64,000 bases of DNA from Candidatus Dormibacteria bacterium (GTDB lineage: Bacteria > Chloroflexota > Dormibacteria > Aeolococcales > Bog-877), in NCBI GenBank assembly GCA_049518775.1, contig JBEKRL010000001.1, positions 4,076 to 68,075 of the forward strand, given 5' to 3'. Both the position numbers and the translations under genes were made by a program. The notes beneath the pieces are model-generated. The model ran no database searches, was not told where the DNA came from, and saw only the letters and a list, made by a program, of their open reading frames with translations. Positions 30,494 through 39,651 of the stretch are shown piece after piece. The first letter of the stretch is position 1. Every line of letters starts with the position of its first letter.

Positions 30494-31093
30494 TTGGCCT
30501 ATCCTCAGATCCGCATGCTCAACCAGGAACTGGGACCCGAGGTCCTCATCGGCAGTCAGGAGCGCTTCGCCGGGCGCCTCATCCGTGTCACAGTGGACCG
30601 GGTCCGGCTGCACAACGGTGCCGAGGCTGAGCGCGAGGTGGTGCACCACCCAGGAGGGGTTGGAGTGGTGGCCGTCGCCGAGGACGGCTCGGTGCTGCTG
30701 GTGCGGCAATATCGTCATCCGGCCGGAGAACTCCTGTGGGAGATCCCCGCCGGGGGAAGGGAAACGGGGGAGTCCGCGCTTGAGGCGGCCCGCCGCGAAC
30801 TCGCCGAAGAGACCGGCTACGCGGCCGAGTCCTGGCTCGGTCTGGGGGCCACCTTCCTGGCTCCGGGGTACAGCACCGAGCTGCTCTGGTACTTCCGGGC
30901 GACCGGCCTGACCCGGGTTGGCAACCCCCATCCCGACCCCGACGAGCTGCTGGAGACCCGCTCGTTCACCGGGCAGCAGATTGCCGAACTGGCCAGCCGA
31001 GGGGGGCTGCGCGATGCCAAGACGCTGGCGGGTCTGGCCCTGGCCGGAGCTCTGGGCCTGGCCTCGGGCGGGCCTGGCCCGGGCACGTCATGA
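30494..31093 (+). CDS. NUDIX hydrolase (ADP-ribose pyrophosphatase-like)
   Basis: Nudix box GGRETGESALEAARRELAEETG. Confidence 0.85.
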   Translation: MAYPQIRMLNQELGPEVLIGSQERFAGRLIRVTVDRVRLHNGAEAEREVVHHPGGVGVVAVAEDGSVLLVRQYRHPAGELLWEIPAGGRETGESALEAARRELAEETGYAAESWLGLGATFLAPGYSTELLWYFRATGLTRVGNPHPDPDELLETRSFTGQQIAELASRGGLRDAKTLAGLALAGALGLASGGPGPGTS

Positions 31094-31132
31094 GCTCCGG
31101 GCGGCCAGGGCGCCGGGCTTGAGGGCGCGGCC

Positions 31133-31534
31133 CTGATCTCCGAGGAGCTGCGGGTCGACACGTCGACGGCGATCGTGGTGGACCTAACCGACAGCCTCCG
31201 GAGGTTCTGCTCGGGCAAAGGGGATGGCCTGGCCCACGCCTTCGTGCCCCACGCCACCGCCGCGCTGGTGCTGATTGAGCTGGGCGCTGGCGGCGAAGGC
31301 GACCTGGTGGAGTGGCTCGGGCAGGTGCTGCCCCGAGGCGCCAGCTACCAGCACCGGCACGGTCCCCGCGGCCACGGAGCCGACCACCTCCTGCCCGCCG
31401 TCCTGGGCAGCTCGGTCTTGGTGCCGGTGCTGAACGGGATCCCTCTGCTGGGAGCGTGGCAGAGCCTGGCCCTGATCGACACCAACGAAGACGCCGACCT
31501 CCGCCGGGTGCGGCTCAGCTTCGTGCCCGGCTGA
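31133..31534 (+). CDS. YjbQ/UPF0047 family secondary thiamine-phosphate synthase enzyme
   Basis: VDLTDSLRRF...HATAALVLIE...HGPRGHGADHLL. The conserved N-terminus (EELRVDTSTAIVVDLTD) has no ATG/GTG/TTG; start guessed at CTG 31133. Confidence 0.65.
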   Translation: MISEELRVDTSTAIVVDLTDSLRRFCSGKGDGLAHAFVPHATAALVLIELGAGGEGDLVEWLGQVLPRGASYQHRHGPRGHGADHLLPAVLGSSVLVPVLNGIPLLGAWQSLALIDTNEDADLRRVRLSFVPG

Positions 31535-31646
31535 TCTCCGCGAGCGGGTCCCCGGGCGGCTCGGGGTATGAGAGGAGATCAGCTGCTGGCCGCCCTGGGG
31601 CACGGCGTCGTGGCTGTGCCGCCGCCACCGCTGCCCTGCGGCAGGA

Positions 31647-32618
31647 TCAGCTGCGGCCGCAGCCTTCGAGCTGGCCGGCGGGCACGGTCCCTAGCCTCCC
31701 GGCCCGGAAATCCGCGAACGCCTGCGCCAACTCCTCACTGCTGTTCATCACGAACGGACCGTACTGGGCGACCGGCTCGCGGATCGGCCGGCCCCCCAGG
31801 ATCAGCACATCCAGGGCTGGACTGCGGCTCTCCTGCTCCTCATCGGCCTGGATCCTGATGTAGTCCCCGGCCCCGAACACAACCAGCTGACCCATCGCGA
31901 ACCTGGGGCCGGCACCGGCCCTCCCCGCTCCCGCTAGTGAATAGGCGAGGGCGTTGAAGTCGGGACGCCAGGGGAGCACCAGCTGGGCCCCGCGGCTGAG
32001 GGTGGCGTGGACCAGAGCGATGGGCGTGTGGGTGATGCCCGGCCCCGGGCGTCCATCCACCTCCCCGGCTATGACCCGGATCAACACCCCCCCGTCGCTC
32101 GAGGAGAGCAGGGTCACCCTGCTGGCCCGGATGTCCTGGTAGCGGGGCGCCACCCACTTCAGGGCGGCAGGCAGGTTCACCCAGAGCTGGATGCCGTGGA
32201 ACAGGCCTCCCGAGACCACCAGCCGCTCAGGTGGGGTCTCGATGTGGAGGATCCCGGCTCCGGCCGTCATCCACTGGGTGTCACCGTTGGTGATCAGGCC
32301 TCCGCCGCCGTTTGAGTCCTGGTGCTGGAAGGAGCCGTCGATCATGTAGGTCACCGTCTCGAAGCCACGGTGGGGATGCCATGGGGTGCCCTTGGGCTCC
32401 CCGGGGGCGTACTCCACCTCACCCATCTGGTCCATGTGCACGAAGGGGTCCAGCTGGGCCTTGCTCACCCCGGCGAACGCGCGCCTGACCGGGAAGCCCT
32501 CACCCTCCAGCGCGTTCGGAGCGGACGTGATCGAGGTCACTGCCCGGCTGACGGTCAGGGACTCGTCGAGCTGACGAAGTCTCGGTAGGGCGAGGGGATT
32601 GGCGGTGATGGCTGGCAT
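31647..32618 (-). CDS. Pirin family protein
   Basis: HPHRGFETVTYMIDG cupin motif plus second cupin domain. Confidence 0.85.
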   Translation of the reverse strand: MPAITANPLALPRLRQLDESLTVSRAVTSITSAPNALEGEGFPVRRAFAGVSKAQLDPFVHMDQMGEVEYAPGEPKGTPWHPHRGFETVTYMIDGSFQHQDSNGGGGLITNGDTQWMTAGAGILHIETPPERLVVSGGLFHGIQLWVNLPAALKWVAPRYQDIRASRVTLLSSSDGGVLIRVIAGEVDGRPGPGITHTPIALVHATLSRGAQLVLPWRPDFNALAYSLAGAGRAGAGPRFAMGQLVVFGAGDYIRIQADEEQESRSPALDVLILGGRPIREPVAQYGPFVMNSSEELAQAFADFRAGRLGTVPAGQLEGCGRS

Positions 32619-32698
32619 GGGGCCTCCTGACGAGATCGGTTGGATCCAGCAACTTAGTTGCTCGTGCAACCATACCCCACCTGCGGGGGACCACTCCG

Positions 32699-34720
32699 TC
32701 AGGAGGTGGCGGAATCCCGGCCATGGAGGAGCTGCCGGCGGGCCTCAACGATCGGCTGAGCCACCTGCGGCGGCACCTCCTCATAGTGGCTGAAGCTCAT
32801 GCTGTAGCGGCCGCGGCCCTGGGTCATGGCCCGCAGCTCGACCGGGAACCGGTACATCTCGGCCAGGGGCACCTTGGCGGTGACCTGCTCCAGCGCACCT
32901 CCCATCGGGGTCATGCCTCCGATGCGGCCCCGCCGGGAGTTGAGGTGGCCGATCACGTCTCCCATGTTGGCTGAAGGGACGATCACCTCCACGTCCATGA
33001 CGGGCTCGAGAAGGTAGGCGCCAGCCTTCTCCACAGCCTCCCGCATGGCCATGGCGCCGGCCAGCTGGAAGGCGATGTCCTTGCCGTCCACAGGATGGGT
33101 CGAGCCATCCACCAGCCGGACCTTGGCGTCGACGATCGGGTAGCCGGCCAGAACCCCCTGCTCCAGGGTCTGCCGCACGCCCTTCTCAACCGAGGGCCGG
33201 AACTGCTGGGGGATCGAGCCGCCGAAGATCTTGTCCTCCCAGACGAATCCTTCTCCCCGCGGCAGCGGTTCGAGCTCGATGGTGCAGTCGCCGTAGAGGC
33301 CGGCGCCTCCTGACTGCTTCTTGTACTTGTGCTGCTGCCGCGCGGCGCCGCGGATCGCCTCCTGGTACGGGACCTGGGGCACCGCCAGGAGGGCCTCCAC
33401 CTGGTACTTGCGCCGCAGCTTCTCCAAGGTCACGTCCAGATGGACGTCGCCGAGGCCGTGGAGGAGGGTCTCATGGGTGTCGGGATCACGCTCGATCCGC
33501 AGGGTGGGGTCCTCCTCCAGGATGTGGTTGAGCCCGGCGTTGATTTTTTCCTCATCTCCTTTGGACTTGGGCCGGATCGCCATGGTGTACGAGGTGGGCG
33601 GGAACTCCAGCCGGGCCTGGGCGGCCGTCCCCTTCGGCCCCAGGGTGTCCCCGGTCCCGATGTGGAGAAGCTTGGTGACGGCCCCGATCTCCCCGACTCC
33701 CAGCTGCTCCACCGGCTCCAGGGTCTTGCCCCTGGGCCTCATCGGCCGGGCGATCCGCTCCTCCTCGCCAGTGCGAGGGTTGAAGAGGTGGGCGTCGCCC
33801 CTGAGGGCCCCGCTCACCACCCGGAAGTAGGAGATCTTGCCGAACGGGTCGGCCACGGTCTTGAAGAAGAACAGCGTGGGGGCACCCTGCACCTGGGCGG
33901 CGCTGGCACTCGGGCGGAGGTAGCTGACCAGGGAGTCGAGCACCGGCCCCGCCCCCAGGGCTTGGATGGGGGCCGCCACCAGGACCGGGGCCAGCTTGGC
34001 CTTGGAAGAAGCCAGACGGAGAGCCTCCTGAAGCTCTTCCCGGGACGGTTCCTGGCCCTCCAGGTACCGTTCCAGCAGGGCGTCGTCGGTCTCGGCCACC
34101 GCCTCCACCAACTCCTGCCGACGCTTGGCGGCCTGGTCCGCAAGCTCCGTCGGGCAGTCGGCCTCAGCGTATCCGCCATTGGCGTCGAAGATCATCGCCC
34201 GGCCAGAGAGCAGGTCGACCGCTCCCTTGAAGGAGCGCTCTTGGCCGATCGGGATCTGGAGGGCGATCGGCTTGGGGTCGAGCCGCTGCTGCAAGCTGGC
34301 ATAGGTGGCCTCGAAGTCGGCGTGCTCCTTGTCCAGCTTGGTGATCACGATCAGGCGCGGGAGTCCACGCTCGGCCATCAGGTCCCAGGAGGTTTCGGCG
34401 CCGACGGGGAGCAGCCCACCAGAGGTGGCCGCCACCACCAGCAGCGCGGCGTCCGCCACCGCCAACGCCTCCCGCACCTCTCCTTCGAAGTCCTGGAAGC
34501 CGGGAGTGTCCAGCAGTGCCAGCCCCACGTCCTTCCACCTGAGGTGGGCGATCCCCAGCTGGACCGAGATGTGGCGGCGCTGCTCCTCCGGCTCGTAGTC
34601 GAGCAGCGCCGTTCCCTGGTCGGTGGAGCCCAGCCGAGGGGAGGCCCCGGCGGCGAAGAGCAGCGACTCCGCCAGGGTCGTCTTTCCGTCGTGGCTGTGG
34701 CCCAGGATGGCCACGTTCAT
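32699..34720 (-). CDS. Elongation factor G-like GTPase (EF-G paralogue)
   Basis: G1 GHSHDGKTTL, DTPGFQDF, ITKLD. EF-G domains II-V follow. Start placed at MNVAILG. Confidence 0.85.
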   Translation of the reverse strand: MNVAILGHSHDGKTTLAESLLFAAGASPRLGSTDQGTALLDYEPEEQRRHISVQLGIAHLRWKDVGLALLDTPGFQDFEGEVREALAVADAALLVVAATSGGLLPVGAETSWDLMAERGLPRLIVITKLDKEHADFEATYASLQQRLDPKPIALQIPIGQERSFKGAVDLLSGRAMIFDANGGYAEADCPTELADQAAKRRQELVEAVAETDDALLERYLEGQEPSREELQEALRLASSKAKLAPVLVAAPIQALGAGPVLDSLVSYLRPSASAAQVQGAPTLFFFKTVADPFGKISYFRVVSGALRGDAHLFNPRTGEEERIARPMRPRGKTLEPVEQLGVGEIGAVTKLLHIGTGDTLGPKGTAAQARLEFPPTSYTMAIRPKSKGDEEKINAGLNHILEEDPTLRIERDPDTHETLLHGLGDVHLDVTLEKLRRKYQVEALLAVPQVPYQEAIRGAARQQHKYKKQSGGAGLYGDCTIELEPLPRGEGFVWEDKIFGGSIPQQFRPSVEKGVRQTLEQGVLAGYPIVDAKVRLVDGSTHPVDGKDIAFQLAGAMAMREAVEKAGAYLLEPVMDVEVIVPSANMGDVIGHLNSRRGRIGGMTPMGGALEQVTAKVPLAEMYRFPVELRAMTQGRGRYSMSFSHYEEVPPQVAQPIVEARRQLLHGRDSATS

Positions 34721-34801
34721 CCCGGGTCCGCTCGTGCCCTCTGTCATGCCGCCCTGATTCTAGGGATCAGCCGCCACCCGGGCCAGGAGCTGGCGCAGAC
34801 T

Positions 34802-35938
34802 TTGCCCGTGCCCGTCGAGCAGCGGCCGGTGCCGGTGGTCAGGCTGCGGACCCCGTACCCGGACCTCTCAACCCTGAGCGGGGAGAGTGAGCTCAGCCTC
34901 CGGGTCGAGGGCGGGGCCAAGCTCGAGGAACTGGCGGTCGCGCTGGCGGAGTTCCGGCCCGAGCTCGGCGCCGGCTCCCACAGCCTTTCCCTGTCGCTCT
35001 CAGGCCGGATCGGCGCGATCTCGGAAGCGCTGAGCAGCCTTCCTCCGGAGCAGCGGGCAGGTCCCCCGGTGGTGGAGCTCCAGAAGGCGCTGGAGCGCTT
35101 CCGGGGGCCGGCACCGGCCCTGCGGCTGGGCCATCAGGTGTGGCGGTTCGGGGAGCGCACGTACCTGCTCGGGGTGGTCAATGTGACCCCCGACTCCTTC
35201 AGCGGAGACGGAGTCGGCAGCAGCCCCGAAGCGGCTGCGGAGAGGGCTCGGCTGTTGGTCAGCGAGGGGGCCGACGCCATCGATTTGGGGGCCGAGAGCA
35301 CCCGGCCCGGGTATCGACCCGTCTCGGCCGCGGATGAGATCGATCGGCTGGTGCCCGCCTTGACGTTGATCCGGAGGGAGCTCTCGGTGCCGGTCTTCGC
35401 GGATACCAGCAAGGCCGAGGTGGCAAGGGCGGCCCTCGACTCCGGGGCCGACGCGATCAACGACGTTTGGGGGCTCCGCCGTGATCCTGAGATGGCCGGA
35501 GTGGTGGCCCGGGCGAGGGTCCCGGTGGTGTGCATGCACAATCGGACGGAGCCCCAGTACCGCGATCTCATGGGGGAGCTCCAGGCAGAGCTGCGCTTCT
35601 CCCTCCGCATCGCTGAGGAGGCGGGGATCCCGCGGGAGCGGGTGGTGGTTGACCCGGGAATCGGCTTCGGCAAGGGCCCGCAGCAGAGCTACGCGGTTCT
35701 GCGCAGGCTCTGCGAGCTGAGGTTGCTCGGATGTCCGGTCCTGGTCGGGACCTCACGAAAGTCTCTGATCGGCTGGCTCCTGGACGAGCGCCCGGTGGGG
35801 ACTCGGTTGCTCGGCACGGCGGCAACCGTGGCCTGGTCGGTGGCCAACGGAGCCGACATCGTGCGGGTTCACGACGTGGGCCAGATCCGCGACGTCGCCC
35901 GGGTGATGGACGAGCTCTCCCGGCGTTCCCCATCCTGA
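34802..35938 (+). CDS. folP: Dihydropteroate synthase; catalytic core from GTG 35138, with an in-frame ~112-aa N-terminal extension of unknown function
   Basis: Core: LLGVVNVTPDSFSGDG, DIGAESTRPG, GTSRKS. The upstream frame is open with GC3 bias (…SELSLRVEGGAKLEELAVALAEF…) from TTG 34802/GTG 34808. Confidence 0.7.
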   Translation: MPVPVEQRPVPVVRLRTPYPDLSTLSGESELSLRVEGGAKLEELAVALAEFRPELGAGSHSLSLSLSGRIGAISEALSSLPPEQRAGPPVVELQKALERFRGPAPALRLGHQVWRFGERTYLLGVVNVTPDSFSGDGVGSSPEAAAERARLLVSEGADAIDLGAESTRPGYRPVSAADEIDRLVPALTLIRRELSVPVFADTSKAEVARAALDSGADAINDVWGLRRDPEMAGVVARARVPVVCMHNRTEPQYRDLMGELQAELRFSLRIAEEAGIPRERVVVDPGIGFGKGPQQSYAVLRRLCELRLLGCPVLVGTSRKSLIGWLLDERPVGTRLLGTAATVAWSVANGADIVRVHDVGQIRDVARVMDELSRRSPS

Positions 35939-35944
35939 GCCGGG

Positions 35945-36454
35945 ATGCCGGCACCGGCTGAGAGGGGCCCGAGGCAGGGCACGACGGCGCTGCTGGCACT
36001 GGGCAGCAACCTGGCTCCGCGGGAAGTCAACCTGGACCTGGGGACCGTCGCCCTGCTGGAGGCTGGTGCTGCGCTGCTGGCAAGCAGCCCTCGGTGGCAC
36101 ACCCATGCCCTCGGCACACCGCCTCAGGAGGACTTTCTGAATCAGCTGCTGCTCCTCCGAGACCTGAGAAGTGGCCCCCAGTGGCTCGCCCTGGCCCGAG
36201 CGGCCGAGGGGCGGGCCGGCCGCCGCCGGAGCGTGGCCCATGGGCCTCGCTCCCTCGACGTGGACATCATCCTGATCGAGAGGCAGAGCTGGGAGACCGA
36301 GGAGCTGACGGTGCCCCATCCAGGGCTCCTGACCAGACCCTACCTGCTGCGAGGAGCCGCCGAGCTGGTCCCGGACTGGAGCCACCCGGTCCTGGGCATC
36401 TCGATTCGGGAGTTGGCCCGCCAGTTGCTCACCGGCAGCTGGGCCCTTCGATAG
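35945..36454 (+). CDS. folK: 2-amino-4-hydroxy-6-hydroxymethyldihydropteridine diphosphokinase
   Basis: ALLALGSNL...LDVDIILIE...VPHPGLLTRPYLL. Confidence 0.8.
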   Translation: MPAPAERGPRQGTTALLALGSNLAPREVNLDLGTVALLEAGAALLASSPRWHTHALGTPPQEDFLNQLLLLRDLRSGPQWLALARAAEGRAGRRRSVAHGPRSLDVDIILIERQSWETEELTVPHPGLLTRPYLLRGAAELVPDWSHPVLGISIRELARQLLTGSWALR

Positions 36455-36464
36455 CCCGGGGGGA

Positions 36465-37097
36465 CTACAGCGGCAGCCGGTCCGCCAGGGCTGGGGTGGC
36501 TTTCAGCGTGCTGGCGATGACCCTGCACGCAGGGTCGACCTGGGGGGGCTCGCTGAGATCCAGATACCAGGCCTGCTCGGCGTAGAAGCGGTCAACCCAC
36601 ATGCCCCCCTCCCGGAGCACCAGTCCCACCCGAACCGCCCGTCCCTCCTGGTCGGGGACCGCCCGGCTGAGCAGCCCGTTCACCGTCCCGATCCAGGACT
36701 GGAGCTCGGTCAGCTCGCTCAGCTGGTAGCCGCCGTCGCCCAAGTCATACTCCACCACCACCTCCACGAACGGCCGAGCCGAGCTCCGCCGGTGACCGCA
36801 GACCTCCTCCTCGTCGTGGTAGAGCTCGCATTCACTGCCTGGTCCGTAGGCGCCCACATAGGTGAGCAGCGCGTCCCAATGGAAATGCACGGTCGCGGCG
36901 TAGCGATGGGGCGGCTCGCTGGCCGGAAGCCTAACCGTGGCGTGGAAGGTCCGCTCTCCGCTGCTCGGCTCGATCTCGTGGGCCACGTCCTGGACGATCA
37001 ATGAGGCCCTCTCCAGCCCCTCCAGAAGTTCGGCGGCCAGCTCCTCGTAGGTGGGGAAGTAGGAATCTCCGTTCTCGCGCACCTCGTCCCGCTTCAT
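36465..37097 (-). CDS. Hypothetical acidic protein co-transcribed downstream of the Fem-like gene
   Basis: ATG 37097 overlaps the Fem stop (ATGA). 210 aa, with good coding bias. Confidence 0.5.
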   Translation of the reverse strand: MKRDEVRENGDSYFPTYEELAAELLEGLERASLIVQDVAHEIEPSSGERTFHATVRLPASEPPHRYAATVHFHWDALLTYVGAYGPGSECELYHDEEEVCGHRRSSARPFVEVVVEYDLGDGGYQLSELTELQSWIGTVNGLLSRAVPDQEGRAVRVGLVLREGGMWVDRFYAEQAWYLDLSEPPQVDPACRVIASTLKATPALADRLPL

Positions 37098-38134
37098 CGC
37101 CGTCCCCGGCTCCTCACCCTGCGGCGCGCCATGTCCGCTAGGGCCAAGACCGCCCTGCCACCGGTATGGAGCTGCATAGATCTGGCCCCCGCGTAGCGGA
37201 TCTGCCGACCCCCAAAACCTCGCTTGAACTGAGCCAGGCCCCGCCAGGGATGGTCGGGTTCGTCGTTCTCCGGAATCCCCCAGAGATCGTACCCGTGGCA
37301 GCCTTCGGTGCGGGCGAGCAGCATCGCCCGCCACTGGAGGAGCTGGTTGGGCATCCGCTCCCGATGCCGCGAGGTGGCCCCTCCGTACAGATAGATGGTC
37401 TGTCCCGCGAAAGAGGCGGTGAGGATGGCGGCCACCACCTCGCCCTCCACCTCCGCAGCCAGAATGTGGACAGCTTGGCCGAGCTGCTCCGCCACCGCCG
37501 CAAGGTGGCGGCTGCTGGGCAGGTGGATCCCCTGCCTGGCCTCGGTGACCCGGATGCAGCCGATGAGCTCCTCGATGGTCGCGTCCTCCCTGACCACCAC
37601 GCCTCCCCTTTCCGCCAGCCGGATGTTGTAGCGGGTCTTGGAGTGAAAGCTGGCAAGGATGGTGTCTGGCTCCCTCCTGAGGTCCACTTCGACGGTTGCG
37701 AGGGGCTGGCGGGGGTGCACCGGCTCCCACTCCAGCCAGGGATGGCCGGGCGGTAGGCTGCCCTCCGCCCAGGGGACCTCCACCTCCAAGGCTAGCGCCC
37801 GCCGCTCCCGCCCGAGCTCCAGCAGAGCCTGCATCGCCTCCCTGAACGCGGCCTGGTCTGATGGCGCGCAGACCGGCCCTCTGGGCACGTAGATGCGCGA
37901 GAAGCCGCCCAGTCCGACGGGGGTCACCAGGGCGGAGATCGGAAGCACGCCGCCTGAGGTCTGGACCTCCAGGCGGCGGGTCTCCCAGCCGGCCCGGGCC
38001 TGAACCTCTCCCCAGGCATGGGACTGGAGCAGGTTTGCCGCTGGCCACTCTTGGAGCCTGCCGTCCCACCGCGCGGCTGCCCCCAACGTCGTCGGCGGAA
38101 TCACGCGGGCATTCTGGCAGACGGTGCCCGCCAC
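37094..38134 (-). CDS. FemAB family aminoacyltransferase (peptidoglycan bridge formation-like)
   Basis: FHSKTRYNIRLAERGGVVVRE...IYLYGGATS...AGYDLWGIP...GLAQFKRGFGG is typical of FemABX/lipid II aminoacyltransferases. Exact start uncertain. Confidence 0.7.
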   Translation of the reverse strand: MAGTVCQNARVIPPTTLGAAARWDGRLQEWPAANLLQSHAWGEVQARAGWETRRLEVQTSGGVLPISALVTPVGLGGFSRIYVPRGPVCAPSDQAAFREAMQALLELGRERRALALEVEVPWAEGSLPPGHPWLEWEPVHPRQPLATVEVDLRREPDTILASFHSKTRYNIRLAERGGVVVREDATIEELIGCIRVTEARQGIHLPSSRHLAAVAEQLGQAVHILAAEVEGEVVAAILTASFAGQTIYLYGGATSRHRERMPNQLLQWRAMLLARTEGCHGYDLWGIPENDEPDHPWRGLAQFKRGFGGRQIRYAGARSMQLHTGGRAVLALADMARRRVRSRGRR

Positions 38135-38248
38135 CCAGCCGGCGCGCCTCGGAATTGTGAGCTGGCCTGTGCTAGTATCGCGCCGACCGCCAGCGGGGAG
38201 GGCGGACTCGAGTTTAGTTCGGGTTGCGCCAAGGAGCTATTCGCGAGG

Positions 38249-39616
38249 ATGCAAAACCAGGGCAGCATCGAACCGGACACTGTCGCCGAACTGCTCCAGA
38301 CCATGCAGCAGGAACGGGCGACGGGAACCCTCTCACTTGCCAGCGATGGGAACCAGTGTTCACTCCACTTCCTCTTCGGCCACCTCTTCCACGCGATGAG
38401 CGCGGTTGGTGAGGGCGAGTCGGCAGTCATCGACGCCCTGGGCTGGCAAGACGGCGAGTACAACTTCAACCCGCGGGCCAAACTGCCCCCGGAGGAGACC
38501 ATCAACAGCTCCACCGAAGACCTCTTGGCCGAGTGGCGGACCCGCCGCGAGGACCGTGCGGCGGCCGCTGCTCCAGCCGAGGTCGCGGTGGCGGTCACCG
38601 GTTCTGCCGGTTCGGCTCGGTCTGAGGCAACCCTCGGCGTCGGTGCCGACGAGTGGCGGGGAGGTGCCCGGCGCACCGAGATGGCCGCGGCGGTCGGGGA
38701 ACCGAACGACATTCCGTCCTACCAGGCTCCGGCTCCGTCCGCCCCGGAAAGGTTCAGTCCCCAGCCCTGGCCGGTGGCGGCGGCTTCTCCGGCATCCGCT
38801 GCTCCACTGGCTCCCGAGCCGGCACCGACACCGGGCTGGCCGGCGCCCAAGACCGTGGCTGCGCCTGGCCCCAGCATCGAGAGGTCTCGGCCGGCGCTGC
38901 CCACCCACCCGACGGCACCGTCCCCACGGGCCTCGGGGCCTGGCGGCGCGCCTCCTCGTCCGGTCGCGGGGGCAAGCAAGACTCAGCTCTCGATGGTGAT
39001 TCCGATGCCAAGCGGCACCCCACTGCACAGCGGCTTGAAGGCCAGCTTCCTCAACTTCCCCATGCTGCTCAAGACCCTCAGCCAGGATAGTTTCTCTGGC
39101 TATGTCAGCATCCGAGGGGAGAAGGACCCCCAGAGCATCGGTCACATCCTGCTGCGGGATGGAGCGATCCTCCAGGCCCAGCAACGCTCGGGCGGTTCCT
39201 ACCGGCGGGCCAAGGCCGCACTCCAGGAGGTTGTCCGCGGGGTAGCCTCGGGCGAGGGCCTGATCGACGCCGTCGAACTTCCCGGCGAATTGATCGGCTC
39301 ACTGAGCGGACTGGTGGTGGCCAGCACGGTCTTCTACCAGCTGCCCTCCCGGATCGTCGACTTCGACGCCCTCTTGGAGTTCATCGGCGAGCAGCCGGTC
39401 AGCGGCGGCATCCTGGTGAGCTCGGGACGAGACCAGGTCTCGGTGGTCCTGGTAACCGAGGGACGGGCCAAGGCGAGCTACGGCTCGGCCAGCCCGGAGA
39501 TGACCGACGGACCCGGGGTTGGAGCCGCAGCCTGCGCGGAGCGGGAAGCGCGGATCGACGTGGTCTCGTCACCCGCCGGGCCGGAACCGGTAATCGAGCT
39601 GTCGGAGATCGGCTGA
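38249..39616 (+). CDS. DUF4388 (PATAN) domain protein with Pro/Ala-rich linker and second DUF4388-like C-terminal module
   Basis: ATG 38249 preceded by AAGGAG. GTLSLASDGNQCSLHFLFGHLFHA is the DUF4388 signature. A C-terminal GYVSIRGEKDPQSIGHILLRDGAIL repeat follows. Confidence 0.65.
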   Translation: MQNQGSIEPDTVAELLQTMQQERATGTLSLASDGNQCSLHFLFGHLFHAMSAVGEGESAVIDALGWQDGEYNFNPRAKLPPEETINSSTEDLLAEWRTRREDRAAAAAPAEVAVAVTGSAGSARSEATLGVGADEWRGGARRTEMAAAVGEPNDIPSYQAPAPSAPERFSPQPWPVAAASPASAAPLAPEPAPTPGWPAPKTVAAPGPSIERSRPALPTHPTAPSPRASGPGGAPPRPVAGASKTQLSMVIPMPSGTPLHSGLKASFLNFPMLLKTLSQDSFSGYVSIRGEKDPQSIGHILLRDGAILQAQQRSGGSYRRAKAALQEVVRGVASGEGLIDAVELPGELIGSLSGLVVASTVFYQLPSRIVDFDALLEFIGEQPVSGGILVSSGRDQVSVVLVTEGRAKASYGSASPEMTDGPGVGAAACAEREARIDVVSSPAGPEPVIELSEIG

Positions 39617-39651
39617 CCGGTCGGCGGATGCGGCGCGGAGCGGCCAGTCCC

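Noticed and set aside
33329-35137. Upstream 600 aa of the 869-aa plus ORF
   Set aside because: Antisense to the EF-G-like gene. Only the last ~115 codons (possible folP extension) and the FolP core are considered.
36465-38069. 534-aa minus ORF
   Set aside because: Only the last 210 aa (separate hypothetical gene) are credible. The upstream part is out of frame over the Fem-like gene.
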